From assembly GCA_036556025.1 (NCBI GenBank), contig DATBKD010000046.1, forward strand, positions 4,718 to 68,717: a stretch of 64,000 nt of DNA. The letters are read 5' to 3'. A model generated the notes under the pieces. The model was not told the origin of the DNA and searched no databases. It saw only the letters and a list, made by a program, of their open reading frames with translations. Position numbers and translations under genes: made by a program. Shown piece after piece: positions 26,326 to 36,073 of the stretch. How positions within the stretch are numbered: the first letter of the stretch is position 1; each line of letters opens with the position of its first letter. This stretch comes from Gemmatimonadales bacterium. Lineage in GTDB: Bacteria; Gemmatimonadota; Gemmatimonadetes; Gemmatimonadales; GWC2-71-9.

Positions 26326-27279
26326 GTGGCAGTTCCGTTGGTACAGCTGACCCGTTCGGATCATTCGAAGAGCCTCGATCCGCCGATCGCCGTTCCGCTC
26401 GCGCCGGCCCGGAAGCCCAGCTGGCTCAAGGTGAAGGCGCCCGGCGGATCGAACTACGTGCAGCTCAGGGGCCTGATGCGCGAGCTCGGGCTGCACACGG
26501 TCTGCGAAGAAGCCCACTGCCCCAACATCGGTGAATGCTGGGAGCACCGCGCCGCGACGTTCATGATCCTGGGTGACGTCTGCACCCGCAACTGCACTTA
26601 TTGCGCGGTGGCCCACGGGACGCCCCAGCGGTTCGACCCGCTCGAGCCGGTGCGGCTGGCGGAGGCCGTCGCGCGCATGAGCCTCGAGCACGTGGTGATC
26701 ACGTCGGTCGATCGCGACGACCTCCCCAACGGCGGAGCCGAAGCATTCGCCGGCTGCGTCCGGGAAATCCGGCGCCGGCTCCCGGGCACCTCGGTCGAGG
26801 TGCTCATTCCGGATTTCAAGGGCTCGGAGGAGGCCCTGCAGCTGGTGATGGATGCCCGGCCCGACATTCTCAATCACAATCTTGAGACCACGGAGCGGCT
26901 CTACCGGATGGCGCGGCCGGGCGGGCGCTACGATCGTGCACTGCGGCTGCTGGCCAGTGCCCGGGAGATGGTGCCCGAGGGACTCACCAAGTCGGGCATT
27001 ATCCTGGGCCTGGGGGAGGAGTGGGACGAGATCCTGCGGTGCATGCGTGACCTGCGTCGAAGCGACGTCAACATCCTCACTATCGGGCAATATCTGCGGC
27101 CGTCGAACAGCCATCTGCCGGTAGCTCGGTACTACACTCCCGATGAGTTTGCGGAGCTGCGCGCGATCGGGCTCAGCCTGGGATTCGACCACGTCGAGTC
27201 CAGTCCGCTGACCCGCTCGTCGTATCACGCCTGGGATCAAGCGCGCGCAGCGCGGCCCGGGGGACCTTCCGCCCGATGA
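26326..27279 (+). CDS. lipA: Lipoyl synthase
   Basis: Both cluster motifs are present: CEEAHCPNIGECW and radical-SAM CTRNCTYC. C-terminal SSYHA-like end. Confidence 0.9.
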   Translation: MAVPLVQLTRSDHSKSLDPPIAVPLAPARKPSWLKVKAPGGSNYVQLRGLMRELGLHTVCEEAHCPNIGECWEHRAATFMILGDVCTRNCTYCAVAHGTPQRFDPLEPVRLAEAVARMSLEHVVITSVDRDDLPNGGAEAFAGCVREIRRRLPGTSVEVLIPDFKGSEEALQLVMDARPDILNHNLETTERLYRMARPGGRYDRALRLLASAREMVPEGLTKSGIILGLGEEWDEILRCMRDLRRSDVNILTIGQYLRPSNSHLPVARYYTPDEFAELRAIGLSLGFDHVESSPLTRSSYHAWDQARAARPGGPSAR

Positions 27280-28301
27280 CCGGCTCGACCGCGGCGCGCA
27301 CCCGGGCCAGGTCCCGGCGGCTCGATCCTGCCCAGGCCGACGAGTATCGCGGGTGGCTGCGGCAGATGATGCTCATCCGCCGCTTCGAGGAGAAGGCCGG
27401 CGAGGCGTACAGCCTGGGCAGGATCGGTGGGTTCTGTCACCTGTATATCGGGCAGGAGGCCGTCGCGGTCGGGAGCCTCGCCGCGCTGGGGCCGGATGAC
27501 TACATCACCTGCTCCTATCGCGAGCACGGGCATGCGCTGGCCCGGGGCATCTCGGCTCGGGCCGTCATGGCCGAGCTGTTCGGCAAGGCAGCCGGGTGCA
27601 CTGGAGGCAAGGGCGGATCGATGCACCTGTTCGACGCCTCCCTCGGCTTCCTCGGCGGCCACGGGATCGTGGGAGCCCACATTCCGCTCGCCACCGGCAT
27701 GGCCTTCGCCGCCAAGTACCGCAAGACCCAGCAAGTGGCGGTCTGCTACTTCGGTGAGGCGGCGGTGAACAACGGCGCCTTTCATGAGGCCCTCAACATG
27801 GCCGCGCTCTGGAAGCTGCCGGCCGTCTATATCTGCGAGAACAACCGCTACGGCATGGGGACCGCGCTCGAGCGGGCCAGCGCCATCTACGACATTTCCG
27901 AGCGGGCCTGTTCCTATGACATGGCGAACGAGGTCGTCGATGGCCAGGACGTGCTGGTCATGCATGCGGCCATGGAGCGAGCGGTCCAGCGGGCCCGGAC
28001 CGAGGAACAGCCGACCCTGCTCGAGGTGCGCACCTACCGGTTCATGGGTCACTCGATGTCCGATCCGATTCATGGCCATTATCGGACGCGGGAGGAAGTA
28101 GAGGACCAGCGCAAGCGCGACCCGATCACGGTCTGGTCGCAACGACTCATCGCCGAGGAGCTGATGGATGAGGCGGCCGTCAAGGCGATGGACAAGTCGG
28201 TCATGGAAGAAGTGGAAGATGCGTATCAGTTCGCGGACCAGGCACCCGAGCCTGAGGCCGAAGCCCTGTTCCAGGACGTGTATGCGGAGGAACAGCGGTA
28301 A
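27276..28301 (+). CDS. pdhA: Pyruvate dehydrogenase (acetyl-transferring) E1 alpha subunit
   Basis: ATGA overlap with lipA. GFCHLYIGQEA and the TPP-binding GxG...NN region (YFGEAAVNNGAFHEALNMAALWKLP..ENNRYGMGT). Confidence 0.9.
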   Translation: MTGSTAARTRARSRRLDPAQADEYRGWLRQMMLIRRFEEKAGEAYSLGRIGGFCHLYIGQEAVAVGSLAALGPDDYITCSYREHGHALARGISARAVMAELFGKAAGCTGGKGGSMHLFDASLGFLGGHGIVGAHIPLATGMAFAAKYRKTQQVAVCYFGEAAVNNGAFHEALNMAALWKLPAVYICENNRYGMGTALERASAIYDISERACSYDMANEVVDGQDVLVMHAAMERAVQRARTEEQPTLLEVRTYRFMGHSMSDPIHGHYRTREEVEDQRKRDPITVWSQRLIAEELMDEAAVKAMDKSVMEEVEDAYQFADQAPEPEAEALFQDVYAEEQR

Positions 28302-28373
28302 ACGGTGAATGGCAAACGGTAAACAGGCTGCTCCCATCCCTCCTGTTTCACCGTTTACTGTTTCCCGTTCCCC
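28296..28373. repeat. Inverted heptamer arrays (CGGTAAA/CGGTGAA type) between pdhA and pdhB
   Basis: Left arm: cggtaaa cggtgaa tggcaaa cggtaaa (the first unit contains the pdhA TAA). Right arm: cctgtttcaccgtttactgtttcccgttcccc. Imperfect reverse complement. Confidence 0.65.
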
Positions 28374-28381
28374 GCGTTGAT

Positions 28382-29359
28382 ATGCCGACACTGACCTATC
28401 GCGACGCGCTCAATCAGGCTCTCAGGGAGGAGATGCAGCGAGACCCTGATGTCTTCCTCATGGGGGAAGAGGTTGGGGTCTATCAGGGGGCTTACAAGGT
28501 GAGTCGCGGGTTGCTGGACGAGTTCGGGCCGATGCGGGTGGTGGACACGCCGATCACCGAGCTGGGGTTCGCCGGCGTCGGTGTGGGCGCTGCCATGGTC
28601 GGGCTCCGGCCGGTGATCGAATTCATGACCTGGAACTTTGCCTTGCTGGCCATCGATCAGCTGGTGAACTCGGCGGCCAAGATGCGCTACATGTCCGCCG
28701 GCCAAGTCGGAGTGCCGGCGGTCTTCCGGGGGCCAGGCGGCGCCGCGCTGCAGCTCGGCGCGCAACACTCCCAGGCGTTCGAGAGCTTCTATGCTCACGT
28801 GCCCGGCCTCAAAGTGGTCACGCCGGCGACGCCGGCGGACGCCAAGGGTCTGCTCAAGAGCTCCATCCGGGACGACAATCCGGTGGTCTTCATCGAAGGC
28901 GAAATGCTCTACAACCTGAAGGGAGAGGTACCGGAGGGCGAGCACATCGTCCCGCTGGGCCAGGCCGATATCAAGCGCGCCGGCGCGGAGGTGACGATCG
29001 TCTGCCACTCCAAGACGGTCGCGGTGGCGTTGAAGGCCGCGGAGCAACTCGCCAACGAGGGGGTGGACGCCGAGGTGCTCGATCTTCGCAGCATCCGTCC
29101 GCTCGATCGAGAGGCGATCCTGACCTCGGTCACCAAGACCCACCGCTGCGTCGTGGCGGAAGAGGGCTGGCCCTTCGCCGGGGTAGGGGCGCAGGTGGTA
29201 GATACCATTCAGCGCGAGGCGTTCGACGAGCTCGACGCCCCGATCTTGCGCGTCACGGGCGCCGATGTGCCGATGCCCTACAACAAGCAGCTCGAGCGAG
29301 CCGCCAAGGTCGATCCGCCGAAGATCGTGGCGGCGGTGAACGAGGTGTTGTATCGGTAG
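28382..29359 (+). CDS. pdhB: Pyruvate dehydrogenase E1 beta subunit
   Basis: 325 aa. MGEEVGVYQGAYKVSRGL..FGP.RVVDTPITE and the transketolase C-terminal domain pattern. Confidence 0.9.
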   Translation: MPTLTYRDALNQALREEMQRDPDVFLMGEEVGVYQGAYKVSRGLLDEFGPMRVVDTPITELGFAGVGVGAAMVGLRPVIEFMTWNFALLAIDQLVNSAAKMRYMSAGQVGVPAVFRGPGGAALQLGAQHSQAFESFYAHVPGLKVVTPATPADAKGLLKSSIRDDNPVVFIEGEMLYNLKGEVPEGEHIVPLGQADIKRAGAEVTIVCHSKTVAVALKAAEQLANEGVDAEVLDLRSIRPLDREAILTSVTKTHRCVVAEEGWPFAGVGAQVVDTIQREAFDELDAPILRVTGADVPMPYNKQLERAAKVDPPKIVAAVNEVLYR

Positions 29360-29393
29360 TCATGGGACCAGCGACCGAGTGGAGGATTTCTGA

Positions 29394-30764
29394 ATGGCCA
29401 CTAAAGTCGTCATGGAAGCCCTCTCGCCCACGATGGAAGAAGGGCGCCTAGTCGAATGGAAGAAGGGCGAGGGCGATCCGGTCGCCGTCGGCGACGTGCT
29501 GGCCGAGGTGGAGACCGATAAGGCGGTCATGGAGCTGGTAGCGCGGGCCGGTGGAACCCTCCTCAAGCAGGTCGTCCCAGCCGGGGCCACTGTGCCGGTA
29601 TCCGAACTGGTGGCGCTGATTGGAGAGCCCGGAGAAGCGGTGGGCAACGGGGTCGGGGCGCAGCCTCGCTCCGGTCGAGCCCAAGCTGCTGCAGCTGAGC
29701 CCCCCAGCGTTGAGGCGAAGCAAGCGACCCAGCCCACTCCCGACCGGGACCGGCCGGTGTCGATGCCACCCGCCGCTCCGGCTGGGGCAGCCACCGAGGC
29801 TCCCCGCCCCACTCCCAGCCCCGAATCTGCTCCCCGGGTGCATACCGCTCCCGCCGCTTCCATCCCCGCGGGGGCCCGCGTCAAAGCGTCGCCGCTGGCC
29901 CGGCGGATGGCAGCCGAGCGCGGAATCGATCTGAACGGCATTTCGGGCAGCGGACCCGAGGGGAGGATCGTGGCGCGGGACCTCGAGGGAGCAGCCGCGG
30001 TTCAGGCCGTCCGGGCACCCGCCACTACTCGGCCGGCTCCCTTTCCCGCCGCGGCTCCGCGTGGAGTTCCCGGCCAGCCGTTTACCGATGTCCCGCTCAC
30101 CCAGATCCGCAAGACCATCGCCAAGCGGCTGGCCCAGTCCATCGGGCCGATCCCCACGTTCTACCTCACCAGCGAAGTCGACATGGAGCGTGCCTGGGAA
30201 GCGAGGGAGAGCCTCAAGAGCGTAAGTGAGGGGCAAGGGCCCAAGGTTTCGTTCAACGACATCGTCATCAAGGCGATCGCGATGGCCCTCCGTCAGCATC
30301 CCGCCTGCAACGCCTGGTGGCAGGAAGACCACATCCGGTACTGGAACGAAGTGCACATCAGCATGGCGGTGGCAGTCGAGGACGGTCTGATCACCCCGGT
30401 GATCCGTTACGCCGACCTCAAGTCGCTTCGCGAGATTGCGGCCGAGTCCCAGGACCTGGCAGCCCGGGCCCGCGCCCGGCGGCTCAAGCCGGAAGAGTAT
30501 ACCGGCGGCACCTTTTCCATCTCGAACCTGGGCATGCTGGATATCGAGGAGTTCACCGCCGTGATCAACCCACCCGAGACCGGGATCGTTGCGGTCGGGC
30601 GGATTGGGGAACAGCCGATTGTTCATGATGGAGAGGTGATGGTCCGGCGTCGGATGCGGCTCACGATGTCCTGCGATCACCGGGTGATCGACGGGGCCAC
30701 CGGTGCCCAGTTCCTGAAGACCGTGAAGACGATGCTGGAGAACCCGCTGGCGTTAGTTTACTGA
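29394..30764 (+). CDS. pdhC: Dihydrolipoamide acetyltransferase (E2)
   Basis: Lipoyl domain (EVETDKAVMEL), Ala/Pro linker, E3-binding domain (ASPLARRMAAERGIDL) and catalytic DHRVIDGA motif. Confidence 0.9.
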   Translation: MATKVVMEALSPTMEEGRLVEWKKGEGDPVAVGDVLAEVETDKAVMELVARAGGTLLKQVVPAGATVPVSELVALIGEPGEAVGNGVGAQPRSGRAQAAAAEPPSVEAKQATQPTPDRDRPVSMPPAAPAGAATEAPRPTPSPESAPRVHTAPAASIPAGARVKASPLARRMAAERGIDLNGISGSGPEGRIVARDLEGAAAVQAVRAPATTRPAPFPAAAPRGVPGQPFTDVPLTQIRKTIAKRLAQSIGPIPTFYLTSEVDMERAWEARESLKSVSEGQGPKVSFNDIVIKAIAMALRQHPACNAWWQEDHIRYWNEVHISMAVAVEDGLITPVIRYADLKSLREIAAESQDLAARARARRLKPEEYTGGTFSISNLGMLDIEEFTAVINPPETGIVAVGRIGEQPIVHDGEVMVRRRMRLTMSCDHRVIDGATGAQFLKTVKTMLENPLALVY

Positions 30765-30766
30765 CC

Positions 30767-30838
30767 GCGTGAAGCGTAAAACGTGAAACGTGAACGCCGT
30801 GTCTCGCCGCTTCACGTTTCACGTTTCACTGTTCACGC
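30767..30838. repeat. Inverted heptamer arrays, 4 + 4 units (GCGTGAA/ACGTGAA versus TTCACGT), between pdhC and lpd
   Basis: gcgtgaa gcgtaaa acgtgaa acgtgaa, then a 16-nt loop, then ttcacgt ttcacgt ttcactg ttcacgc. Three of the four unit pairs are perfectly complementary. Confidence 0.8.
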
Positions 30839-30859
30839 TTTCCTTCAAGTGAGGTCTTC

Positions 30860-32260
30860 GTGGCCGCGAACTCGTTCGACGTGATCGTCCTGGGTGGAGG
30901 GCCCGCGGGATATGTGGCGGCCATCCGTGCTGCCCAGCTCGGCCTCAGCACGGCAGTCGTGGAGCGGGACAAGTTGGGTGGGGTTTGCGTCAACATCGGC
31001 TGCATCCCGACCAAAGCCTTGTTGCATAGTGCCTACGTCGCCAACCTGTTGGCCCGCGACGCCAAGGAGCTCGGTGTCGAGGTGGCGGGGGTGAAGACCG
31101 ACTTCGGCACCGCCATGCGGCGTTCCCGGAAGGTCTCGGAGCAGAACTCGAAGGGCGTCGAGTTCCTGATGAAGAAGCACAAGATCAGCGTCATCAAGGG
31201 GAGCGGCGCGCTCGGCAAGAACCGTACGGTGCGGGTGGGCAACGACGAGTACCAGGCAGGCAAAGGGATCATCATCGCCACCGGCTCGCGGGTCAAAGGC
31301 ATCCCTCAAATCGGACTGGAGCTCAACCAGACGACGGTGATCAGTTCGGACGAAGCGCTGTTCTTGGAGCAAGCGCCGAAGACTCTCGCTGTCGTCGGCG
31401 CCGGAGCTGTCGGCTGCGAGTTCGCCGATATTTTCCACGCGTTCGGGACCAAGGTGACGCTGATCGAGGTCCTTCCAAGGATTCTGCCGCTCGAGGACCC
31501 GGAGTCGTCCGACGCGCTCGGCAAGAGCTATAAGAAACGGGGCATCACGGTCCACGCCGGAACCACGGTCAAGAAGGCGATGGTGGTGAAGGACAAGGTG
31601 TCGCTGGAGCTGGCCGGGGGAGGCAAATCAGAGACGCTCGAGGTCGAGAAAGTGTTGATGGCCGCCGGACGCGCCGTCAACACCGAGAGCATCGGCCTGG
31701 AGCAGGCCGGCGTACAGTTGACCGACCGCGGGTTCATCAAGATCAACCCGGCTACCCTGGAAACCACGGCACGGGGGGTCTACTGCATTGGAGACGTCGC
31801 CGGGCCGCCGATGTTGGCGCACAAGGGGTCCCGCGAGGGGGTGCACGCCGCGGAGGTGATCGCCGGGCACCATCCCCAACCCATCAAGTACGACAATGTC
31901 CCCAGCGTGACCTACTGCCATCCCGAGGTCGCCAGCATCGGACTCACGGAGGAACAGGTCAAAGAGCGCAAGCTGGACTACCAGGTCGGCCGCTTCCCCT
32001 TCAGCGCCAACGGGCGGGCCCGCACGGCCAACGAGACGGAGGGGTTCGTCAAGATCATTCGCGACAAGAAGTACGGTGAGATCCTCGGGGCCCACATCGT
32101 GGGTAGCCATGCTTCCGAGTTGATCCATGAGCTCACGGTCGCGCGGGAGAACGAGTACACCGTCGAAGAGGTCGACCTGGCCATTCACGCTCATCCCACC
32201 CTCTCCGAGGCGATCGCGGAGGCTGCGCTCGACTCGATGGGGCGGGTGGTGCACATCTGA
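30860..32260 (+). CDS. lpd: Dihydrolipoyl dehydrogenase (E3)
   Basis: GTG start. FDVIVLGGGPAGY, redox-active GGVCVNIGCIPTK and the C-terminal HAHPTLSE motif. Confidence 0.9.
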   Translation: MAANSFDVIVLGGGPAGYVAAIRAAQLGLSTAVVERDKLGGVCVNIGCIPTKALLHSAYVANLLARDAKELGVEVAGVKTDFGTAMRRSRKVSEQNSKGVEFLMKKHKISVIKGSGALGKNRTVRVGNDEYQAGKGIIIATGSRVKGIPQIGLELNQTTVISSDEALFLEQAPKTLAVVGAGAVGCEFADIFHAFGTKVTLIEVLPRILPLEDPESSDALGKSYKKRGITVHAGTTVKKAMVVKDKVSLELAGGGKSETLEVEKVLMAAGRAVNTESIGLEQAGVQLTDRGFIKINPATLETTARGVYCIGDVAGPPMLAHKGSREGVHAAEVIAGHHPQPIKYDNVPSVTYCHPEVASIGLTEEQVKERKLDYQVGRFPFSANGRARTANETEGFVKIIRDKKYGEILGAHIVGSHASELIHELTVARENEYTVEEVDLAIHAHPTLSEAIAEAALDSMGRVVHI

Positions 32261-32261
32261 G

Positions 32262-32681
32262 GTGACGACCAACTTCGCGGGAGAGCCGATCGACCCCGGC
32301 CGAGACCTGGTGGGGCCTGCGCTTCGGGGCATGGGGTTCGCCCTCCTGCTCGGGAGCGCCATCGTGGCGCTGGTGCTCTGGACCGTGCGGCTGTTAGTGG
32401 CCCGCGATGCCGCCAGCGGAATTGCCGACCAAGGAGTGGCTCCCGCCCTCCTGCTCGGAGGCACGCTCGCCGCGATGGCGGCCAGCGTTCTTGCCGCCTG
32501 GCTTCGCCTGGCCCCGGTCGGCTCCTACTATCGGCGCGGCGGACTCTCGATGGTATGCGGCTTCGGCACCTTCGTCGTGGCCGTCCTTGCCGCCCCCTTG
32601 TATCACTTTCTGGGCTCCCCGGGCTTGCTCGGCCTGGCAGCGGTCTGCCTCATCGGCCTAGCCCTCCTCGGACGAGGGTGA
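32262..32681 (+). CDS. Integral membrane protein of unknown function
   Basis: GTG starts 1 nt after the lpd stop. About four hydrophobic segments. Sits between lpd and lipB on the same strand. Confidence 0.5.
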   Translation: MTTNFAGEPIDPGRDLVGPALRGMGFALLLGSAIVALVLWTVRLLVARDAASGIADQGVAPALLLGGTLAAMAASVLAAWLRLAPVGSYYRRGGLSMVCGFGTFVVAVLAAPLYHFLGSPGLLGLAAVCLIGLALLGRG

Positions 32682-32683
32682 CG

Positions 32684-33409
32684 ATGAGCTCCCGGCTGTT
32701 GGTATGGGATCTTGGGCGGAGCACGTACGAGGCCAGCCTCGCGCTGCAACGGGACCTCTGCCGCCAGCGAATGGGCGGTGATCTGGAAGAGGATCTCTTG
32801 CTGCTGGTGGAGCACGAGCCGGTGATCACGCTGGGCCGGGGCACGCGCAGCAGCAGCCTGCCCATAGCCATTCCCGATCTGCAGCGCAGGGGTATTGGGG
32901 TTTATGAGGTTGAGCGGGGCGGCGATGTGACCTATCACGGCCCCGGGCAGCTGGTGGGATACCCGATCCTCGATCTGCGGCAGCACCGCGAGGACCTCCA
33001 TTGGTACCTGCGCCAGTTGGAAGGGGTGCTGATTCAGGCCTTGAGCCGCCTGGGCGTCGAGGCCGGGCGCCGCAAGGGGCTCACCGGAGTGTGGACCAGC
33101 GGGCGGAAGATCGCGAGCATTGGGGTCCACGTGAAGCAGTGGGTCACGTTCCACGGTTTTGCCTTGAACGTCAGCACCAACCTCAGCGCTTTTGATTTGA
33201 TCGTTCCGTGCGGCATCCCCGACGTGGTCATGACCAGCGTGAGTCGCGAGCTCTCGCACCCGGATCAGGCGACCCTCTGGGACGTGACGCGAAGGACGGT
33301 CATAGACGTGTTCGCCGAAGTATTCCGGTTCAGCGAGGTTGAGGTCGCCGACGCTCCTCGCACTGCGACACCGACGCATGGCACCGGCCAGCGCAGCTTC
33401 GGGCCGTGA
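32684..33409 (+). CDS. lipB: Lipoyl(octanoyl) transferase
   Basis: ATG at 32684. LLLVEHEPVITLGR, RGGDVTYHGPGQLVGYPI and the catalytic KIASIGVHV..WVTFHGFALNV region. Confidence 0.9.
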   Translation: MSSRLLVWDLGRSTYEASLALQRDLCRQRMGGDLEEDLLLLVEHEPVITLGRGTRSSSLPIAIPDLQRRGIGVYEVERGGDVTYHGPGQLVGYPILDLRQHREDLHWYLRQLEGVLIQALSRLGVEAGRRKGLTGVWTSGRKIASIGVHVKQWVTFHGFALNVSTNLSAFDLIVPCGIPDVVMTSVSRELSHPDQATLWDVTRRTVIDVFAEVFRFSEVEVADAPRTATPTHGTGQRSFGP

Positions 33410-33513
33410 CCCGGTGGAGCAGGCACGACAATGTGCTCGAAGGGGTGGCCCTCCACCCCGGAAGTCGGATTGAGCGCTTGTTTTTCCCGCTCAACCAGAT
33501 TTTCCTGTCTAAC

Positions 33514-34068
33514 ATGGCTGAATCCCCTCGCCGGCCGTCCCCTGAGGCTCAGGCGGACCAGCGCATCAAGGAGATCCTCCGGGCAGCGGACAGCTGGTCG
33601 AAAGAGGCACCCCGCACCCTGATGCCGGCCATTCGAGCCGTGTGCATACGACTGGCAGAGATGGTAGCCGACCAGCGGCACTACCTGGCCCCCCTTCCCG
33701 AGCCGCAGGAGACCGAGCGACGCGGGGTCCTCTCGATGGTAGCCGATCGCCTGCGCTCCCGCCCGGTCACCGAAGGGCTGGAGGACCATCTCAAGGCCCT
33801 GGAAGAGCTGGAGCTGCGCTCCACCGGCTCCTGGGCCACGGCGGCATCGGCCCAGAACGAGTGGATCACGACAGCGATTCGCTACCTGGAGAGCTGCGCG
33901 GCAAAGCTACCGGAAGGTGAGCGACCGGATCCCTACTGGGCGGATGATGTCGTGGCGGGGATCATCGCCTCGGCCCGCGCGCTGATCGGAGTCGATGAGC
34001 TGCACGCGCGGACCGAGGCACGATACTCGGGGCAGAACAAGCGGCCGACGCCGGAGGAGGAGCTCTAG
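33514..34068 (+). CDS. Hypothetical helical protein
   Basis: ATG at 33514 (MAESPRRPS...). The upstream codons of the track ORF cross a hairpin-rich gap. Protein-like composition, no motif recognised. Confidence 0.5.
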   Translation: MAESPRRPSPEAQADQRIKEILRAADSWSKEAPRTLMPAIRAVCIRLAEMVADQRHYLAPLPEPQETERRGVLSMVADRLRSRPVTEGLEDHLKALEELELRSTGSWATAASAQNEWITTAIRYLESCAAKLPEGERPDPYWADDVVAGIIASARALIGVDELHARTEARYSGQNKRPTPEEEL

Positions 34069-34088
34069 CAGCGTCGTCGCGGTCAATC

Positions 34089-35516
34089 CTACAAGGCCTC
34101 CGCGGGCTCCTCCACCGATCGCTCCGATTCCTGTTTCGTCCCCCCAGCACCCCCACCCCGTTCTCCGAACAATTCGAAGAACCTCGCGAACACCTCGATG
34201 CCGGTCCACAGCTGCGGCAGATCGAGTTTTTCGTTGGGCGAGTGCAGCCCGTCGTCGGGCAATCCGATTCCGGTGAGCAACACCGGCGCGCCGGAGAGGC
34301 CCAGTTCGGGCACGATCGGAATGGAGCCGCCGGCGCGAACCCGCACCGTCTTTCGGCCAATCACCGTCTCGAACGCCGTGTCCAGGACATCGAACACGGG
34401 ATGGTCCACGTCGACCTGGACCGGGTCGCTGCCGTGGAGCAGTTTGACCTCGACATCGGCGTACTTGGGAGCCAAGTCCGCCACCGCTCGCTCGAGCTGC
34501 CGACTCACTTTCTCCAGCCGCTGACCCGGGACCAGGCGGAGACTCACCTTGGCTGTGGCTTGGGCGGGAATGACCGTCTTGGCCCCGTCTCCCACGAAGC
34601 CCCCTCGGATGCCGTGGATTTCGAAAGTGGGCAAGGCCCAGATCCGCTCGAAGATCGAGTACTGCTTGAGCCCGGTCAGCCCCCGAGCGGTAACCTCGTG
34701 CTCCAGGTACCGGCTTTTCTCAAAGGGCAACTTTTTCCAGGTCTTGAGCTCCTGCTTGGGGGGCGGCTCGACCGACTTGTAGATCTTGGGGATGCGGATC
34801 TCGCCGTCCTCGTCCTTGAGCCGGCTCAGGATTCGAACCAAGGTCTCTAGAGCGTTAGGGGCTACGCCGCCGTAGGCGCCGGAATGGAGGTCCCGTTGCA
34901 GGGTGCGCACTGAAATTTCGGCGTAGCAGATCCCTCGCAATGCCGTATGAATGGCCGGCCAGCCGGGAGCATAGTACGACGTGTCACAGACCAGGACGGC
35001 ATCCGCCCGGGTGCGCTCGGGCTCTGATCGGAGCAAGTCGTAGATCATCCGTCCGCCGGACTCCTCTTCCCCCTCGAAGATGAAGTGGATATTGAGTGGC
35101 GGCCGACGGTCGGCATCCAGCGTGGCCTCGTATGCCTTGAGCAGACAGAAGACCTGACCCTTGTCATCCGCCGCGCCGCGGGCGTAGAGCCGGTCATCCC
35201 GAATGGTGGGATCGAATGGCGGGCTGGACCACTCTTCCAGGGGATCGGGTGGCTGAACATCGTAGTGGCCGTAGATCAGCAGAGTGGGTCGGCCGGGCAG
35301 TTCGGGGCCCTCGGCCCAGACGACCGGATGGCCTGAGCCCTCGATGAGGTGCACCACAGGGCAGCCCAATTGGCGCAGCTCGTCACCCAGCCACTCTGCG
35401 GCCCGGCGACAGTCCTGAGCGTGTTCAGGGAGCGTGCTCACGCTGGGGATGGAGAGAAATTCGGTCAGCTCCCGGAGAAGCCGTTCCTGTTCGCGGGCGA
35501 CGAAATCGATGTCCAT
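34089..35516 (-). CDS. M20 family dipeptidase/metallopeptidase
   Basis: Start at the ATG at 35516 (MDIDFVAREQ). LLIYGHYDVQPPDP and ARGAADDKGQ metal-ligand motifs. The 69 upstream codons are non-protein-like. Confidence 0.85.
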   Translation of the reverse strand: MDIDFVAREQERLLRELTEFLSIPSVSTLPEHAQDCRRAAEWLGDELRQLGCPVVHLIEGSGHPVVWAEGPELPGRPTLLIYGHYDVQPPDPLEEWSSPPFDPTIRDDRLYARGAADDKGQVFCLLKAYEATLDADRRPPLNIHFIFEGEEESGGRMIYDLLRSEPERTRADAVLVCDTSYYAPGWPAIHTALRGICYAEISVRTLQRDLHSGAYGGVAPNALETLVRILSRLKDEDGEIRIPKIYKSVEPPPKQELKTWKKLPFEKSRYLEHEVTARGLTGLKQYSIFERIWALPTFEIHGIRGGFVGDGAKTVIPAQATAKVSLRLVPGQRLEKVSRQLERAVADLAPKYADVEVKLLHGSDPVQVDVDHPVFDVLDTAFETVIGRKTVRVRAGGSIPIVPELGLSGAPVLLTGIGLPDDGLHSPNEKLDLPQLWTGIEVFARFFELFGERGGGAGGTKQESERSVEEPAEAL

Positions 35517-35706
35517 AACGAGTCTCGCTAACTGGGGTTGGAGACGATCCTTCCACAAGCTACACCGGCGACTCGGCACGGCGCGAGGGCGAACGGTGAG
35601 CCATCTCACGGCGACTCTTGGGCTCCTCGGCCATGCTCCCGGCGGCAGCATGCCAGATCGGATGGAGCAGCGTCCGAACGGTTCACGGATTCTTAGGGAG
35701 GTAGTA

Positions 35707-36072
35707 ATGAAGAGCACCTGCAAAGCGACTGGGGCCCTAGGACTTGCGCTGGGCGCGGCAGTGATGATTGCCCCCCTGGCCTCGGCGCGCGCGCAGACCC
35801 AGGACAGCTCGCGGTTCAGCCCGACAGTTGCCGATACCGGTGGCTATTCCGATAGTTTGGTCCGACCAGGGTACCGCGCGCTGCTGGAGGATACTACCGG
35901 CGGGCTGGGGGCAGATTCGTCAGGCATCAATCCGATGCCGTCCTTCGGGGACACGGCAAGCCAAACAGGTACTGGCGGCGGGATTGATACGACGGGAATG
36001 GCCCCTCGGCGGAGCGAGGATTCCGCCGACGTCGGTCGGGCGTCGAGCCCGCAGCCGGGAGACAGTAGATAG
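35707..36072 (+). CDS. Small secreted Gly/Ser/Thr/Asp-rich protein
   Basis: ATG preceded by AGGGAGG. Signal peptide ending ASARAQ. Low-complexity mature part. Confidence 0.5.
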   Translation: MKSTCKATGALGLALGAAVMIAPLASARAQTQDSSRFSPTVADTGGYSDSLVRPGYRALLEDTTGGLGADSSGINPMPSFGDTASQTGTGGGIDTTGMAPRRSEDSADVGRASSPQPGDSR

Positions 36073-36073
36073 A

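Noticed and set aside
25741-28391. Long minus-strand ORFs 25741..27240 (499 aa) and 27237..28391 (384 aa)
   Set aside because: They are antisense to the lipoprotein, lipA and pdhA genes, whose products carry unambiguous motifs (CTRNCTYC, the TPP-binding region). The antisense translations are Arg/Gly/His-rich nonsense.
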